DNA of 64,000 nucleotides, from contig NC_057723.1 of NCBI RefSeq assembly GCF_004010195.1, positions 40,140,432-40,204,431 of the forward strand, in the 5' to 3' direction. Position numbers and translations under genes: made by a program. Under the pieces are notes generated by a model, which worked only from the letters and a program-made list of their open reading frames with translations, was not told the DNA's origin and did not search any database. This DNA comes from Chiloscyllium plagiosum. Lineage: Eukaryota. Of the stretch, positions 1-12,920 are shown piece after piece (within the stretch, counting starts at the first letter, position 1; every line of letters starts with the position of its first letter).

Positions 1-406
1 ATGATGGTTGGAGGAAGAGCGCCTCATCTTCTGCCTAGGAACCCTCCAACCACAAGGCAGGAACGCGGGTTTCACCAGTTTCCTCATTTCCCCTCCCCCC
101 ACCTTGTCTCAGTCAAATCCATCGAATTCAGCACCGCCTTCCTAACCTGCAATCTTCTTCCCGACCTCTCCGCCCCCCCCCCACTCTGGCCCTTCACCCT
201 CACCTTGACCTCTTTCCACCTATCACATTTCCGACGACCCTACCTTTTATCTTAGCCTGCTGGACAAACTTTCCTCATTCCTGAAGAAGGGCTTATGCCC
301 GAAATGTTGATTCTCCTGTTCCCTGGATGCTGCCTGACCTGCTGCGCTTTTCCAGCAACACATTTCCAGCTCTGATCTCCAGCATCTGCAGACCTCACTT
401 TCTCCT
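1..406 (+). mobile_element. Penelope-like element 3' end (GIY-YIG C-terminus, pLTR with hammerhead motif)
   Basis: Frame +2 from position 8 reads LEEERLIFCLGTLQPQGRNAGFTSF, the PLE endonuclease tail motif. CTGAAGA-agggc-ttat-gccc-GAAA lies at 281-304. Confidence 0.8.
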
Positions 407-449
407 ATTAAATAATGATGTAGAGGAACCGGTGTTGGACTGGGTGGAC

Positions 450-600
450 AAAGTTAAAATCACACAATACCAGGTTATAATCCAACTGGTTTATTTGGAA
501 GCACTAGCTTTTGGAGATGATAAAGGAGCAGTGCTCTGAAAGCTAGTGCTTCCAAATAAACCTGTTCAACTATAACCTAGTGTTTTGTGATTTTTAAATT
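450..600. repeat. Inverted repeat from a second PLE family (about 67-bp arms)
   Basis: 450-516 is the near reverse complement of 534-600. A decayed hammerhead-like core (gatgataaaggagcagtgctctGAAAgct) sits in the centre. Confidence 0.75.
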
Positions 601-1590
601 AGTAATGGGCAACAATGCAATGATGGAGAATTGAAGTAAATATCTTGTATCTATATTTATAGCAAAAGTCACAAAAATGCTTGAAGTAGAAAATTGAAAG
701 GTAAAAAGGTGAAACTAAAAATAATCATAATGACTTCAGAAATTATATCAGGGAACTTAATGAAACTAAAGGCTGAACCATCTCTTGGACATGATAACCT
801 TCATCCTAGGGTCTTAAAAGACATAATTGCAGAGATAGTTGATGCTTTGGCTGTATTCTTCCAAAAAATCCCTAGATTCAGGAAAAATCCCAGTGGATTA
901 GGAATCTACCAATGTAATACCCCTACTCAAGAAAGGAATGAAGCAGAAAGTAGGAAACTAGGTACCAGCCTAATGATTGTTATTGGGAAAATTCTAGAAT
1001 CTAAGATTAAAGAGGTAGTAGCGTCATATTTTGAAAGTTATAATGCAATCTAGCAGAGACTATATGGTTTTATTAAAGGGAAATTGTGTTTGAAAAACTT
1101 ATTAGAGTCATTTGAGAATGTGATGTATCGGATGGATAGAGTTACTGGAGTGTGTGGAATGAACTTCCTCAGGAAGTGATGGATGCGGGTACATATACAA
1201 TGTATAAAAGACATTTGGATTGATACATGAATAGGAAAGGTTTGGGAGGAATATGGACGCCAGTAGCAGGTAGGTGGGACTAGTTTAGTTTGGAATTATG
1301 TTTGACATGGACTGATTGGACCGAAAGGTCTGTTTCTGTGCTGTATGACTCTGTGTCTCTATGACTCCAAGACGTGGTACATTTGGATTTTGAAAGGAAA
1401 GGTATATGAGAAGGTGCCACAAAAAGGTTTCTGGACAAGAGAAGTACTCATGGCTTTGAGGGTGTTATGCCAGTATCGATACAGGATTGACTAATTGGAA
1501 ACAAGGAGTCAAGATAAATGGGTCATTTTCAAATTAGCAAACTGCATTTGTAGATTCCCACAGTGATCAAAGCTATGCTTGGTTAAATGT
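600..1590 (+). mobile_element. Decayed CR1 LINE ORF2 fragments with a nested CR1 3' tail (about 1140-1365)
   Basis: ORF 694-1053 contains GHDNLHPRVLKD and GKILESKIKE. The nested tail ends in ctatgactct-type repeats. Confidence 0.8.
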
Positions 1591-1619
1591 CCAGATGCAA
1601 AGAGACTTTCTAAGTAGGA

Positions 1620-2330
1620 ACAAAAACAGAAATTCTGGCAAACCTCAGCAGGTCTGGCAGCAACTGTGGGAAGAAAGCAGAGTTCATGTTTCAAATCCAG
1701 TGACTCCTCATCAGAATCTTCATCAGAACAGCTAGAAAAAGTTGGTGAAAAAAATCCCAAAAAGCAAGCTCACTAAACTTAACACGTTACCACTGTTTTC
1801 TCTGCATAGATGCTGTCAGACCTGTTGAGATTTTCCAACAACTTCTGTTTATTTGTTGAGGAAAAACTAGTATTTATAAGAGGAGGTTGAGTTGATAGTG
1901 CAGGGAGGGGTGAATGGATAGGTGGAGATGGAGCCGAGAGAGATGAAAGAATTAGGTAAATAAGGGAACTCTGGATGACAGGTCAAGTCAGACCTGAACC
2001 TGAATAAGTGATAATGAGAGCTGAGGGAGACGAGAGTCTCTACTGCAAGCAAACCATGTACTATGATAATAGGCCTCAGAGTGAGGGAAAATGGGTTGGC
2101 TGTGCTAAAAGCAACCCATGTCATAACAGGACTGGTGGGGGGCTGGGTAATAAAACATAACTTTAGAGCCAGATTCTAATCTTTATCAAAATCAATGAGT
2201 CCCAGAGGCTGCTGGATTGCCAGCAGAAAATGATCTTTGAGCTTGTGCTGAGGCTCACTGGAACATAGGCTTGTGACAGAAATGTTGGCATGGGATCACA
2301 GTGGTGTGTTGAAGTGTGTTGCACAGTGTC
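1620..2330 (-). mobile_element. Penelope-like fragments (inverted pLTR pair plus GIY-YIG tail)
   Basis: Minus-strand CTGATGA...GAAAcatgaact at about 1680-1730. An inverted copy of the same pLTR lies at 1770-1857, and a PLE C-terminal relic at 2160-2330. Confidence 0.65.
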
Positions 2331-3332
2331 TGAGAAGGAAGTTGCTTTGACAATTGGACAAAACTTGACTTTGTTTGATTCACATCTCAATTGCTGGAAT
2401 AAGATTTTTTTCTGTGATATCGTTTGTCAATATAGTACACAAGACTAAAACATATAAAGTAATTTAAGTGTCTGTTATCGATTTTATAGTGACCTATTTG
2501 TTTGACACTTCAACGGAGTTTGTAAAATCAGCAGGCTTTTCTCAAAGTAAGATTTGTAAATTTTATTTGTGTAGTTTTATATGTAACATTGTTACTTTCA
2601 GGTTCATTTGTTCAGTCCATAGTGTATACTGGCTGAACAGAGAGAGTTGGATAACTCTTTCAGGATCCGGTACAGATACAATGGGTCAAATAGCCTCCTT
2701 CTATTCTGTAAAATTCTATGTGAAACAATCTATCTTAAATAATTAGGAAATAATTTGGTTTTCAATTAATCTCTACTATTCCTATTGAACCTAAAAAGTT
2801 TGTATCACACTGACTATTGTATCCTCCTGCAAAGGCCTTGTAAGTATCTGACTGAATCTTCTTTGCAGGTTTGCCATGTTGTCATTGTATTCCATCAAAC
2901 TGTAAGGAAACAGTAAATTTCCATGTATCCAAATGGCAGCCTTTAAGCTTTGTTACAAATAGGAGAAGTATTTGTCCAAGAGAAATGTTTCCGAAATGAA
3001 AAAAGCTACTGTCACAATTAAGAAGATTCCAAAATGTCTTTTGTCATCTGATGACATTCAAAGTACAAAGTGTCCTGTAGAAGTGTCAAACATATGGATC
3101 ACTATAGAATCAATAACAGACACTGAAAATACTTGACACATCTTAATCTTGTGTAAATATACATTGAGACATTGCCAAAAAAAATCACAGTGAAAGAAGT
3201 CTTGCATCAACATCTAAGATGTGAATCAAACAAAGTAAAGTTTTGTCCAATTGTCAAAGCAACTTCCTTCTTACACGCAGTGCAACACACTTTAACACAC
3301 CACTGTGTTCCCATTGCCAACATCTCTGTATA
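2272..3332. repeat. Long inverted duplication, arms about 2272-2512 and 3080-3332
   Basis: ORFs 2163-2390(-) and 3172-3375(+) share RCESNKVKFCPIVKATSF. Similarity extends to gaagtgtcaaaca...aacagacact at 3080 versus 2512. Confidence 0.9.
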
Positions 3333-3619
3333 TTTTGTGACAAAATCTAACAGCATACAGGCACTTCTGAAATAAATGTTTGAGACAAAATCTCTTAAAA
3401 ACTAATTGTCAAGAACTTTAAGCTACATTCTGCGTAGGTTTTGTACTGTCCTTAAATTTTCCATAAAGCACCATTTTTTCATGAATCTTCACACATTATT
3501 AATATATTATTTGCAGTATTTAGTTTCAAAGTAAGCTGTTCATAAACCTTGCTGTAAGGTAAGACATAGTAGCAAGAGTAATGCAGAATGATTCTCTCTT
3601 CTAAGAGCACTAGAACACC

Positions 3620-4260
3620 AAGAGTAAAACAAAAAAATGTTAGAAATACTCAGCAAGTTAAGTAATAACAATGGAGTGAGAAACAGAGTGACATCTCAGG
3701 TAAATAAGCCTTCATCAATACTGGAAAAAAGCTAGAGATGTGATAGGCTTTGAGCAAGCATTTGGTGAGACAAGAACAAAAGGAACGTCAGTGATGGTTA
3801 GGAAAGATTGCAATAAGATTTCGTTTTCCGGGGCCAAAGAAAATGGTATGCAGCAGGAAGAGAAACAATAAAACAAAGGGTTATTATCTGAATAAAAAAT
3901 AAGAAAAAAACCCCAAAACATGCAAATAAAAGCATACAAAATTGATAGAACGTAGTTTATGGCTAAAATTATTGAATTTAATTTTGAGTCTAGAAGGCTG
4001 CATAGTGCCAAAATAAAAAATGAAATGGTGTTCATAAGGCCTACACTGAGTTTCACAGGAACGGTACAGGAGGCCAAGAACAGAGATGTCCGTATGGGAG
4101 CAAAGTGAAGAATTAAAATGACAGGCCACCTTAAGCTTGGGTTACTGCTTGTGAACTGAATGGAAGTGTCACTCAAAGCAGTCACACCGTCAGTGTTTGA
4201 TATCCCCAGAGCAGAGGAATCCATATTGTGAACAATGAATGCACCATATTTAACCACATG
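3620..4260 (-). mobile_element. Penelope-like element 3' fragment
   Basis: ORF 3884-4129 reads ACHFNSSLCSHTDISVLGLLY...EHHFIFYFGTMQPSRLKIKFNNF, a GIY-YIG C-terminal consensus. A pLTR remnant lies at 3620-3720. Confidence 0.8.
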
Positions 4261-4682
4261 TTATCTCTCAGTGACATTATCCAAAAACCATCATTAGTTG
4301 CTATGTGTATGCTAATGACATTTAGCTCTCCCTAACTATGACCTTGTCCTCCAATATCATTAACTGATCAGACTTCTTGTCTGGCATGTAGCTAAACGAC
4401 CACACATTTTCTCCAGTTATGTAATAGGAATATACTAAAGCCATTGCCTTTTGGTCCTCTTTGCTAATTCTGTTCCCTAACCCCTTGCTTCAGAACTCTC
4501 AAGTAACTGTCCATGTGTGAACCATAACTTCACAACCTAGGAGCTATATATGATAAGGAGGTAAACTTCTAATTAGATATCTATGCCATCTATTTTTGCC
4601 TCTTTAACATCAGCTAATTCTGCTCCTTCGTCAGCTCCTTTACTTCTGAAACTCTCATTCGTGTCTTCTGTTCCTTGCCATG

Positions 4683-4988
4683 GGTGACATGCTGGCTCAG
4701 TGGTTAGCACTGCTGCCTCACAGTGCCAGTTTGCACATTCTCCCCAGTTGCTGTGTGGGTTTCCTCTGCGTGCTCCGGTTTCTTCCCACAGTCCAAAAAT
4801 GTGCAGGTTAGGTGAACTGGCCATGCTAAATTGCCCATTGTGTTCAGGGATGTGTAGGTGAGGTGCATTAGTCAGGGCTAAATGTAGAGTGATTGGTAGG
4901 GGAATGAGCCTGGGTGAGATACTCCTCAGTAGGTTAGTGTAGACTTGTTGGGCCAAATAGCCTGTTTCCACACCATAGGGATTCTACA
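4683..4988 (+). mobile_element. HE1-type V-SINE (internally deleted)
   Basis: tRNA-like head tggctcagtggttagcactgctgcctca, V-domain gtttgcacattctcccc...gtgcaggttagg, and a CR1-like tail. Confidence 0.85.
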
Positions 4989-5324
4989 AACTTAACAATC
5001 CAATAGACTCCTGGCTTGCCTCTCATGTTCTACACATATAAATGTGAGTTTATCCAACATTTTGCTGCATGTGTCCTAATTTGCATTTAATCCAATTTAC
5101 TCATTATTCCTGTGCCCACAGCTTATAAACACTTCTAGTAAAGCAACATCCCAATTTTGAAATTCTCATTCTTCAGTTGAAATCGCTTTATGGCCTACCT
5201 CCTTCCTATCTCTCACACTAAAACCCTTAACTATTTGAATTTCTCTAACTTTGACCTCTTGAGTTTTGCTGGTTTTGATTCCTCCATCACTGGGAACTGA
5301 GGCTTTCATTGTCAGGACCATAAG

Positions 5325-5626
5325 CTTTTTGGCCTTCTAGAGCAAGGAGTTGACCTCAAATGAGTGTTGCTGACTGGCACATTCCAAGGTCCAGGACTAT
5401 GTGATGAGGGACATACTAAAGCTTGGGGCTTAGCTACTGTCAAAAGGCAGTGGGGAAAGACCACCATCTAAAGTTTCTCAGCCAAAGTTTAATAGGGGCC
5501 TGTTAAGAATCAAACTCCAATGTTTGTTTGTTTCTTCATATGCTACTATACAGAACAGAACTGCTCAGTGACTGCATATAAAGATATTTTTATGAATAAA
5601 GTATACTTCTGAAATGAGAAAAAAGT
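5325..5626 (+). mobile_element. L1/Tx1-clade LINE 3' fragment
   Basis: Translates ECC*LAHSKVQDYVMRDILKLG...QWGKTTI*, followed by a 3' UTR ending tatgaAATAAAgtata and an A-rich tail. Possible degenerate TSD gaccataagc/gtccgtaagc. Confidence 0.6.
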
Positions 5627-8104
5627 CCGTAAGCTCCGGAGCACCCACCATGAACGCTTCTGTCTCTTTTCCTCGGTTTCTTCCTTAGAATGTGCATTTG
5701 AGTTGTTTCTGTGACCAAGCTTTTGGTTGCTTGTCATTGATAACTTCTCATGTGGTTCAGTGTCACATTAATGTTGCTGTAAAGCACCTGGGGACATTTT
5801 ATTATTTGAAAAGTGTTGTTCTTGTAAAAGTTGTTGTTTGTTTTCCATAATCATATACTACTGTCAATAAAATAAATAATTCTCACACTCCTAATTCTAC
5901 AGCTAACTTTGTCTTGACTCCTTATTTGTGTCTCCCTTATTAAGAACTTCACTAGTCCCAGGCAGAAAGGTCATATGATAAGTGGAAAGAAGAAAGGACA
6001 AATAAAATTAGCCTTCAAAGTATAAGCAGACAATTATATGGAGATTTTCTTTGCCCCTGAGATCCATTACATTTTCCAATAGTTTGTTTTGCTTGAAAAC
6101 ATCTGTATTTTCTCTGTGGAATACCAGCATAAAAATACTTAACGCAATCAACCAAAATTTCTCTCTGTCCTATTTTAGCTGTGGTATTTAGCAATACTCT
6201 TTCAAAAGGTGAACACCTTCTCAAAGGCAATTAAGGATGGACATAAGTGCCCCCATCTTGTGAATAAATAAGAAAAAAACATTCAAATAGTATATGAAAA
6301 TTATCAAGTGAATACTTGAAGTTTGTTGGTATCTCACAAAAATGTTTTAAGACCTATTTGTCATCGAATAATGCAAATCTAATTACTAATTAATTTCTGT
6401 GGCTCAACTCATGCTGCTATCTGCCATTGTGTCAATTCCTCTCATTCCAATCATATATCCAGAATGTTGTTTATGTCTTTTTTTGGGTTATCTTCTAGCA
6501 CTTTCTTTGTCTTGAGGAGTTCAGGATCAAGTCCTTTCAAACTATCATAACAAATCATTTATACCATACGTGCTTAATCATTTTAAATTCAGACTGACTA
6601 TCTTCTGTATCTGAAGGTGAATGATATGTTTTGGCTTTTTGCCATCAATGCAAGATAACACTCTGTGTGGATGGTTTGGAATTATGCATGAGCAATGATT
6701 CCTGTACTGCATATTTATAAAGTCTATATTCTTGCATTGTACCAATTTCTGTTGGATACTTTAGAATTTCAACAACAACACCTTAAAGGGATTTTATGGA
6801 TCCTACAGAGCAGGAATGTGGCATGCGGTGTGACCTAATTAGGTGAGATGCAAAATTTAAACTACTTAACAACAGTGGTTAGAGGGAGAGAGATAAAGTC
6901 AGTGATGTGCTTGTGGTTGTCAAAAATAATGCTGGCCTGTGTTGGTATCATATTTCTAATATATTTGCATGGCACAGATACTGATTAACATGAACAGTTT
7001 TCAATAAAACTAACGCCTCAGAAGAATTTTGCGGCACCTGCTTCGTAATAGTTTAAAGATGGTGTGCACTAGTTGGCTTTATGAAGTTGTGTGTAAGGTC
7101 ATTGGTTTTCCTTGGTTAACCCTCCAGCACACAGGAGGGAGGCAGGATTCTTGCTGCTTCAGGACTAGCAACGATGAGTCAGGAGAAGAAGGGGTTGTGG
7201 AGTAGTGTTGGGAGCATGGAGGATTGGAAGAAAGAACCAGAGCTGGTTAATCCTGCCAATTAATCCAATAAATTCAGCCATATCTCAGACTGATATGTAC
7301 AACACTGAACACTATACTATGTATGTTCAATAAACATTGAATGCAAGAATACCAGTTTCTTCCACTAAAGGAAAAGCCCTTAACCCCTCATATAATCATC
7401 AATGCATTGCCAATAAATATAGCTTTTCAGCTTAAGAGGTCTCAACAAATAACAATAATGCACATAAATAAAGTGAAACCCAAACAGTGTAGAACATTTT
7501 GGAAATTTTACTTTGAAAAACATCCGTGCTACCTTTGTGCTCTCAAGTTTGTTTGTGGCAACGTTGTTGGGTAGGAAAATTGTGACTGTGATGCTGAGAC
7601 TCCCAGTTTGACCAGGAGGTTCTTTAATAGGATGCCCATAGATTATCTGTAGGGCCAGCAGTTGTAAGGTCTCATTGCACAGTGCACCTACCGAGCTGCC
7701 AGATGTCCAATTAGCCAGAAGCTCTCTAAAACAGAGCCTTCTCCCAATTCAGGGGCAGAAGTCTCACTTTAAAGCAATCAATGTTCTACCTACTTGCTAT
7801 GGGACAGCTGTCAGGATTATGGGCAGACTCCCACCAACGTTTTACAAAGCACAATGCGGGACTCAGGCTTGCACAAGACTCACGGCCTGTGTCCAGCAAA
7901 ATCTGTTTCTGAATCTATGCAGCTGCCAATAAACATAACAGCTTAGGTGTCACATATGTTGAATAGTGCTCCTCAAGTTCAAAGGAGGAAGTCTTAGGAA
8001 AGCCTAGTACATTTGTTTTCCTTCTTATGTTACTAAATCCACAGCTAACTCTGTCATTTTGTCCACTTCCTTGATAAGCAAGAGTTACAAGAATGAGAAA
8101 CTTT

Positions 8105-8440
8105 GGAGTGGCACGGTGGCTCAGTGGTTAGCACTGCTGCCTCATAGCGCCAGGGACCCACTTTCAATTCCAACCTCGGGTGACTGTCTGTGTGGAGTTT
8201 GTACATTCTCCCTGTGCATGCGTGGGTTTCCTTCAAGTGCTCCAGTTTCCTCCCACATTCCATGATGTGCAGGTTAGGTGAACTGGCCATGCTAAATTAC
8301 CTATAGTGTTCAGGAATGTGTGGGTTATATGCATTAGTATGGGGAATGGGTCTGGGTGGGTTACTCTTCGGAGGGTCAGTGTGGACTTGTTGTGTCAAAG
8401 GGCCTGTTTCCACGCTGTAGGGATTCTAATTCTAATTCTT
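8105..8440 (+). mobile_element. HE1 V-SINE, near full length
   Basis: A box gtggctcagtgg, B-box-like ttcaattcc, V-domain, and tail gggattctaattctaattct. Confidence 0.9.
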
Positions 8441-8444
8441 TTAG

Positions 8445-8848
8445 TTATGAGGATGGATGGGACTCTTCTCCTTGAAGAGAAGAAGGCTGAGAGGAAATTT
8501 GACAGAGATTTTCAAAAATATGAGTAGATAGGGAGAGCTACTTCCATTTGTAAAATAAAAGAATAAGTGTGCAGAGATTTGAAGTGATATGTAAGTGAAG
8601 CAAGTAAATGTGAGGAAAAAAATGTTCACACAGTGAGTAGTTAGAGTATGGAATACACTGTCTGGAAGTGTGCAGGAGGCAGGGTTAATTGAGGTATTCA
8701 AAAGAGGCATTGGATGATTACTTGGATAGAAATGGTGTAAAAGAATAAGGGGAAAGGCAGAAAAATGGAACTAGGTAACAGAACTGACCCAGCCATGATG
8801 GGCCAAATTAGCCTCCTTCTATACTGTAACAATTCTGTGATTCTGTAA
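8445..8848 (+). mobile_element. CR1 LINE 3' fragment
   Basis: RLRGN-like segment, ttcacacagtgagtagttagagtatggaat (FTQRVVRVWN-like), and tail ttctgtgattctgt. Confidence 0.7.
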
Positions 8849-10094
8849 TGAAGCTCTTCCTCTTTGCACACCTTGTCAATGTTTTAATGATTTTGGTGTA
8901 AAATTGTGCATTTGTGAAATGCTTTGGGAAGCTTCACTATATTTATATGGAAGAAAATGTGTATTAAGTTTCAAAAGGTAACTTTTGGCATCAAAATAGA
9001 ATGGAAAGCAATGTATTTTTGGTTTTTCAACTGATAATCAAACACCCTGAATTCCCTTGCATGTCTTCACCCTTCTCAATCTGTGTGCCCACTGAGTTCT
9101 AAGGAAGCTTGTTTACCTGTATTTTCAGTCACAATCAAAATTCTAAACTATGATGTTTCAACTACTATGTGTGTTAGCTCCACCATGTACAGGGATTCCA
9201 GGCCATAGACTTCAGCCACTGTGGTAAACCACACAACAATTGCAGTAATGCACAGAAAATACGAAGCAATTCATTTGGATTCTGGTTGATGATTATAGCT
9301 TCATTACCAAATTTCACCACAGCAATTGGAAATGCTATACACATAGGCACAAATTAAATTTAAAATAAGCATTATTGTTTAATAATACAGGGATTAGGTC
9401 TAACACTGATGCTTTTCAGTTTAATTTTATGGCAGATGGGCTTCAAGTAATCTGGAACAACAGCTCGTTCATTATTTGATGTGGTATTTAAATAAGTAAT
9501 ATAAAATTACCCACATCAAGCAAGTGAGCGGAGCTACAGCTTCCGATTGTTGTGTTGACATCCTTTTGAATTTGAGAGAATATACTAGCAATCAACCATC
9601 ACATTGAACCAGTTCTCCTGGTAGGGAGTTTTGAGCCAAGTTAATAACCTGTCACATAAATGGAGACTAAATTATAGAAATACCCTCTGCATGTAAAATA
9701 TTGAAAGAAATGAGATGCCTTATCTACTGTTAGGTATCGAAGCAACAAAGAATATGAAATTTCACCAGACAGTGTTAAGAACTTTTAATTGACAGAAGTT
9801 GCAAACTAATGAGTGTCGCTTCTGCAGTTCTACATCACACACCTGTAGAAAGGTCTGTCTGTATAATAAGGCCCATTGTCAGACTTGATCTCTTCAATGT
9901 ACCGAACTGGTTGAGTATCATATCCATTGTGTCTGGCACAAATATACTTAAGGTGTCCTTTAATTGTCTGACTGTTGGAAAGATGGGGAAGTAGGCAGTG
10001 ACAATGAGAGCCTTGTTGCAATGTATGGAAAATAAATCTATTGTGATCTTGGATCAAGAGAACAATGAAATGTAAAGGTAGAGGTTCTTTGGAT

Positions 10095-10213
10095 GGCTGT
10101 GGTTAGTGACTCTGGTTAGTGACTCTGGTTAGTGACTCTGGTTAGTGACTCTGGTTAGTGACATTGGTTAGTGACTTTGGTTAGTGACTTTGGCTGTGGT
10201 TAGTGACTCTGGT
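10095..10213. repeat. 13-bp minisatellite (GGTTAGTGACTCT) x8
   Basis: Units start at 10101, 10114, 10127, 10140, 10153, 10166, 10179 and 10198. Confidence 0.97.
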
Positions 10214-10871
10214 CTGCCTTGAATATCTTCAGTGTTCTCAATGCCATTATTGATTTCCATCTAATACACAGTCCCCTGTGCCAGGTATTTTGTTTGTTCT
10301 ATGCCCATACACTCTTCATGTCCTGTCAAAGAGCTTTGGGTACAAGTCTATATTTTTGTTTAAATGTTGCATCCTTGAAATGCCTGTTCAACCTTGTACG
10401 GCCAAAAGCATCTCTTGTACAATGTCAGCACTTTCTTCTCCAGTTATTTTCCATTGTGTCTTCAGTCATAATTTGCACTTGCTGTTTTTTCTGGAAATTG
10501 GTTACATTTGTGCTGTGCAGAATTCATCCAAACAGCCTTTAGCACATCTTCTACTTTGATGTCCCTATCTACTTGTAAGTCTTAGTGGAACTTTAACATT
10601 CCTATTCTGATTTGGTAATCTGCTCAGTGTGGTTGAGGTAACTACTCTGATACTGGGCTTTTAGCAGACATCCAAGTTGTACCCTTTTTTTTAACAAGAA
10701 TTCATTGCAGTCAGTTCAGTTTGCACCAGATCGTTTTCAATGGTTTGTGATCAGTTTGCACAGTGATTTGTACAACAAACAGGTACATATGGAATTTTGT
10801 GATAGCAAATACTAAAGTAAGTGCTTTATGCTCCATTTTGAATAATTTGTCTTTGTGATAAACATTTTAAA

Positions 10872-11300
10872 ATTCATTCACAGGTTGTGGGCATTACTGG
10901 CTTAGCCAGCATTTATTACAACTACCTAATTGCCCTTGAGAAGGTAATGGTGAGTTACTTTCTTGAACCACTGCATATGGTTTCAACATTTGCATAGTAT
11001 GATTAGAGAGGGACTTCCAGGATTCTGATCCAGTGATGGTGAAGGAACGGTGATATGTTTCCATGTCAGGAGGGTGTCGGGCTTGAAGGAGAACTTGCAA
11101 ATAATGCTGTTCCAATGTACTTGTTCTCTTAGACAATAGATGTCATGGGTTTACAAAGTGTTATCTAAAGAGCATTGGTAAATTTCTGCAATGCATCCCA
11201 TAGATGTACAAACTATTCCCATTTTACATTAATGGTGGGGGGAGTTGAAAGTGTTTAGATGTGGTGCAAATCCAATGAGCTGCTGTGTCCTGGAACGAAG
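10872..11300 (-). mobile_element. Non-LTR retrotransposon 3' fragment nested in the Gypsy relic
   Basis: gccagcatttattac...taattgcccttgagaaggtaatggtgag is the reverse complement of the tail at 24210-24310. Confidence 0.6.
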
Positions 11301-12920
11301 CACAGTTGGTTTCATCTTGTTTGATGCACACTCTCAGCCCTCTTTACGACATATTGACTTTTTCCTTGGAATATGGTATTGAAGGATAAATGTTTCTGAG
11401 ACAACACTTGTTTGGGTGACTTGAAGATATGTTGATTATCCTCCTGATATATATGTGGAATATTTTTCTTTAAGAGCTCCTTGAATGATGATTTTTTTTT
11501 GGTATGGCTTGGTGTATGTAGCATTAGGAAATTCAAAAGCAGATTCCAAGACATCTTTGTTTTTGGGAATGTGCAACTGTTTACATCTTCAAATTTGTCT
11601 GGGTTGGGCTAAAAATACCTCTGACCTAAATTCACTTGTACTTCTTGCTGTTGAAGGTGAGTCCTTGACGATGCGCTGCCACCATCAGAGAGTGTCGATC
11701 TCAAATGTGTTGTTCTTTAGTTTTGCCAGTCATGACAATGCATACACATTGAGGAATATTCTATGTAATTATGTTCTTTTGCTGCTAGAACAGATTATGA
11801 CTCTCAAATAGACTGAAAGGTAGCCTCTGAAAGCAATACTTGCTAAATTGTGTTCTGAAAGCATTGATTTCTTGAGTTTCCTTTGTCAGTGAACGTATCA
11901 TTTTCTGTATTTGGTATCCTTCTTGATGAAGAATTGAGCTGTTGTAATTTTTGGATTCAGTTTCTCCAATGTTGGGATTTTATATGGGTGTCTCATTGAA
12001 GAATGGTTTTGATGCCTTTGGAACAAACACATCCTGCTTGTGTCAATGGTCTTTCGAAGACATGTAATAGATCTGCACTCCTCTGTGAGTTGATGTGCAT
12101 GACTTATAATACTATCATATTTCACATTGTCCAACTCAGTCTTCAATTTCACTTGTATGTTAACACTACATTTTAGGATGGTCAACTGACAGTATTGCAT
12201 CTTCTCTGAGGTGTGATGCAGAATCACCATTGATGATGCAAGGGATGGATGACTCATTTTATGCAGCTAATTTTGTATGTTGTATCATTGACTTCCAACA
12301 GTCCAGCTACATATCTTTTGAGACTCTGACAGGTGTGGATTAGCTCCTTTCTAGACATTTGAACTTGTATTTGTGTTTGCCAATTTTCTTTGGGCATATG
12401 TTAATATTGGCAAAAACTGCAAACAGTTTAACTTTGTCCAAAAATACTGTTACATTCCCAGCACAGAGAGCCTGTTCAGCTGCTGGTTGAAGGTTCTTCA
12501 CTCTGGTCCCTCTTGCCGCAGACATTATGTATGTGCTTGTGCTTATGCAAGTCTCTGGGAAACTCCCTCTTATTGCTGCCAGAACCCTGCACATGTTTTT
12601 TTTTTGGATGGATCCAATAGTAGCTTCTTCTCTGAAACTAGATCACTTGCAATGGTGAGCCCAGTGTCCTTTTATACTGAATCATTGACAAAGACCTTGG
12701 AGCAGGACAGTTTTGTGATGGGTGCAACAGACTGATTTCCCACAGAATATGTTTCCTGTCTGCATCCTGGCTATTACATTAATACTGGTAACTGAATCTA
12801 ATGCCAGCATATATTATTTTCCAGCTACAGTAGTACACTATTTGCTGCCACCTTTAAGCAACATGTCAATGTTGTTGCCTTTATCTTTCTCCACGAGGTC
12901 TTTTTAGTAGGCTTTAATAA

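Larger units (their letters stand above)
4260..5840 (+). mobile_element. Old L2-clade LINE 3' part, interrupted by an HE1 SINE and a Tx1 fragment
   Basis: tatgctaatgacatt (YADDI-like) near 4308. L2-type tail gtaaagcacctggggacattttatta...aagttgttgtt at 5780-5840. Confidence 0.55.

Noticed and set aside
6380-6770. Coding-looking minus-strand stretch (CYDSLKGLDPELLKTKKVLEDNPKK)
   Set aside because: Interrupted by stops and without a recognisable motif. It cannot be assigned without a translated search.
8105-8185. tRNA genes at SINE heads (also 4683, 15080, 22556, 29142)
   Set aside because: A and B boxes run straight into SINE bodies, and no complete cloverleaf is evident.
10095-10213. CRISPR array
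   Set aside because: Contiguous 13-mers with no unique spacers, no cas genes, in a vertebrate intron.
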